Shown: piece by piece, positions 35,417 to 35,573 of the stretch
How positions within the stretch are numbered: the first letter of the stretch is position 1
Layout of the letters: each line of letters opens with the position of its first letter
DNA from: an uncultured Gemmiger sp.
GTDB lineage: Bacteria; Bacillota; Clostridia; Oscillospirales; Ruminococcaceae
Direction: 5' to 3'
Assembly (NCBI GenBank): GCA_944382805.1
Contig: CALWNS010000021.1
Coordinates: 1 to 35,573 of the forward strand
Length of the DNA stretch: 35,573 nucleotides
Translations under genes and position numbers: made by a program
The notes under the pieces: generated by a model
Database searches by the model: none
The model's input: the letters and a program-made list of their open reading frames with translations, nothing else
Told to the model about the DNA's origin: nothing

Positions 35417-35573
35417 ACTGCGTCGCACGCTGCCCGCGCTGGGCCTGGCCGCCGCCCTGGCGCTGGCGGCACTGGCGCCCCTGGGCTGGTTTGCCGCACG
35501 GGACGCGGCGCTGGCCGGGCAGGTGATGCTGCAAACGGAGGACCCCGACCTGCTGGGCGAAGCCGGGCAGAAC
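35400..35573 (+). CDS. Hypothetical membrane-anchored or secreted protein, truncated by window end
   Basis: AGGAGG (35385-35390) then ATG 35400: MPMPDKLRRTLPALGLAAALALAALAPLGWFAARD...; overlaps the kinase stop; open to the window end. Confidence 0.65.
   Translation, partial: MPMPDKLRRTLPALGLAAALALAALAPLGWFAARDAALAGQVMLQTEDPDLLGEAGQN

Overview
High-GC Firmicutes (Clostridia/Oscillospiraceae-like, inferred from gene content and codon style) chromosomal region made mostly of housekeeping genes. In order: S41/CtpA-like gene (truncated by the window) preceded by a 34-aa unannotated membrane peptide, an M23 peptidase and ftsX-ftsE; a CdaR/PucR regulator; glmS with a CapD/PglF-like dehydratase and a priming sugar transferase; class B sortase; K+/H+ antiporter; an acidic lipoprotein; T-box-controlled pheST; BI-1/YccA; hemW; a PadR/HAAS pair; AraC plus GH13; fhs; a PRTase-like gene; DnaD-like and DnaC/DnaI-like genes; CIRCE-controlled clpB; and an OmpR-family two-component system. 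The most unusual element is a ~1.05-kb intergenic array (29264-30300) of seven GTAG...CTAC REP-like doublets. Their stems differ in sequence but keep the same structure, the linkers are exactly 49 or 53 bp, and a 63-bp structured element is nested inside one REP type. Other points of interest: the S41 protein lacks its catalytic Ser, an OadB-type IIGGADGPT motif sits in the PadR partner, there is a candidate sRNA upstream of glmS, a C9 tract lies in the lipoprotein promoter, and one palindrome occurs at the same position in the glmS and fhs promoters. No rRNA, tRNA, CRISPR array, integrase or transposase gene was recognised.
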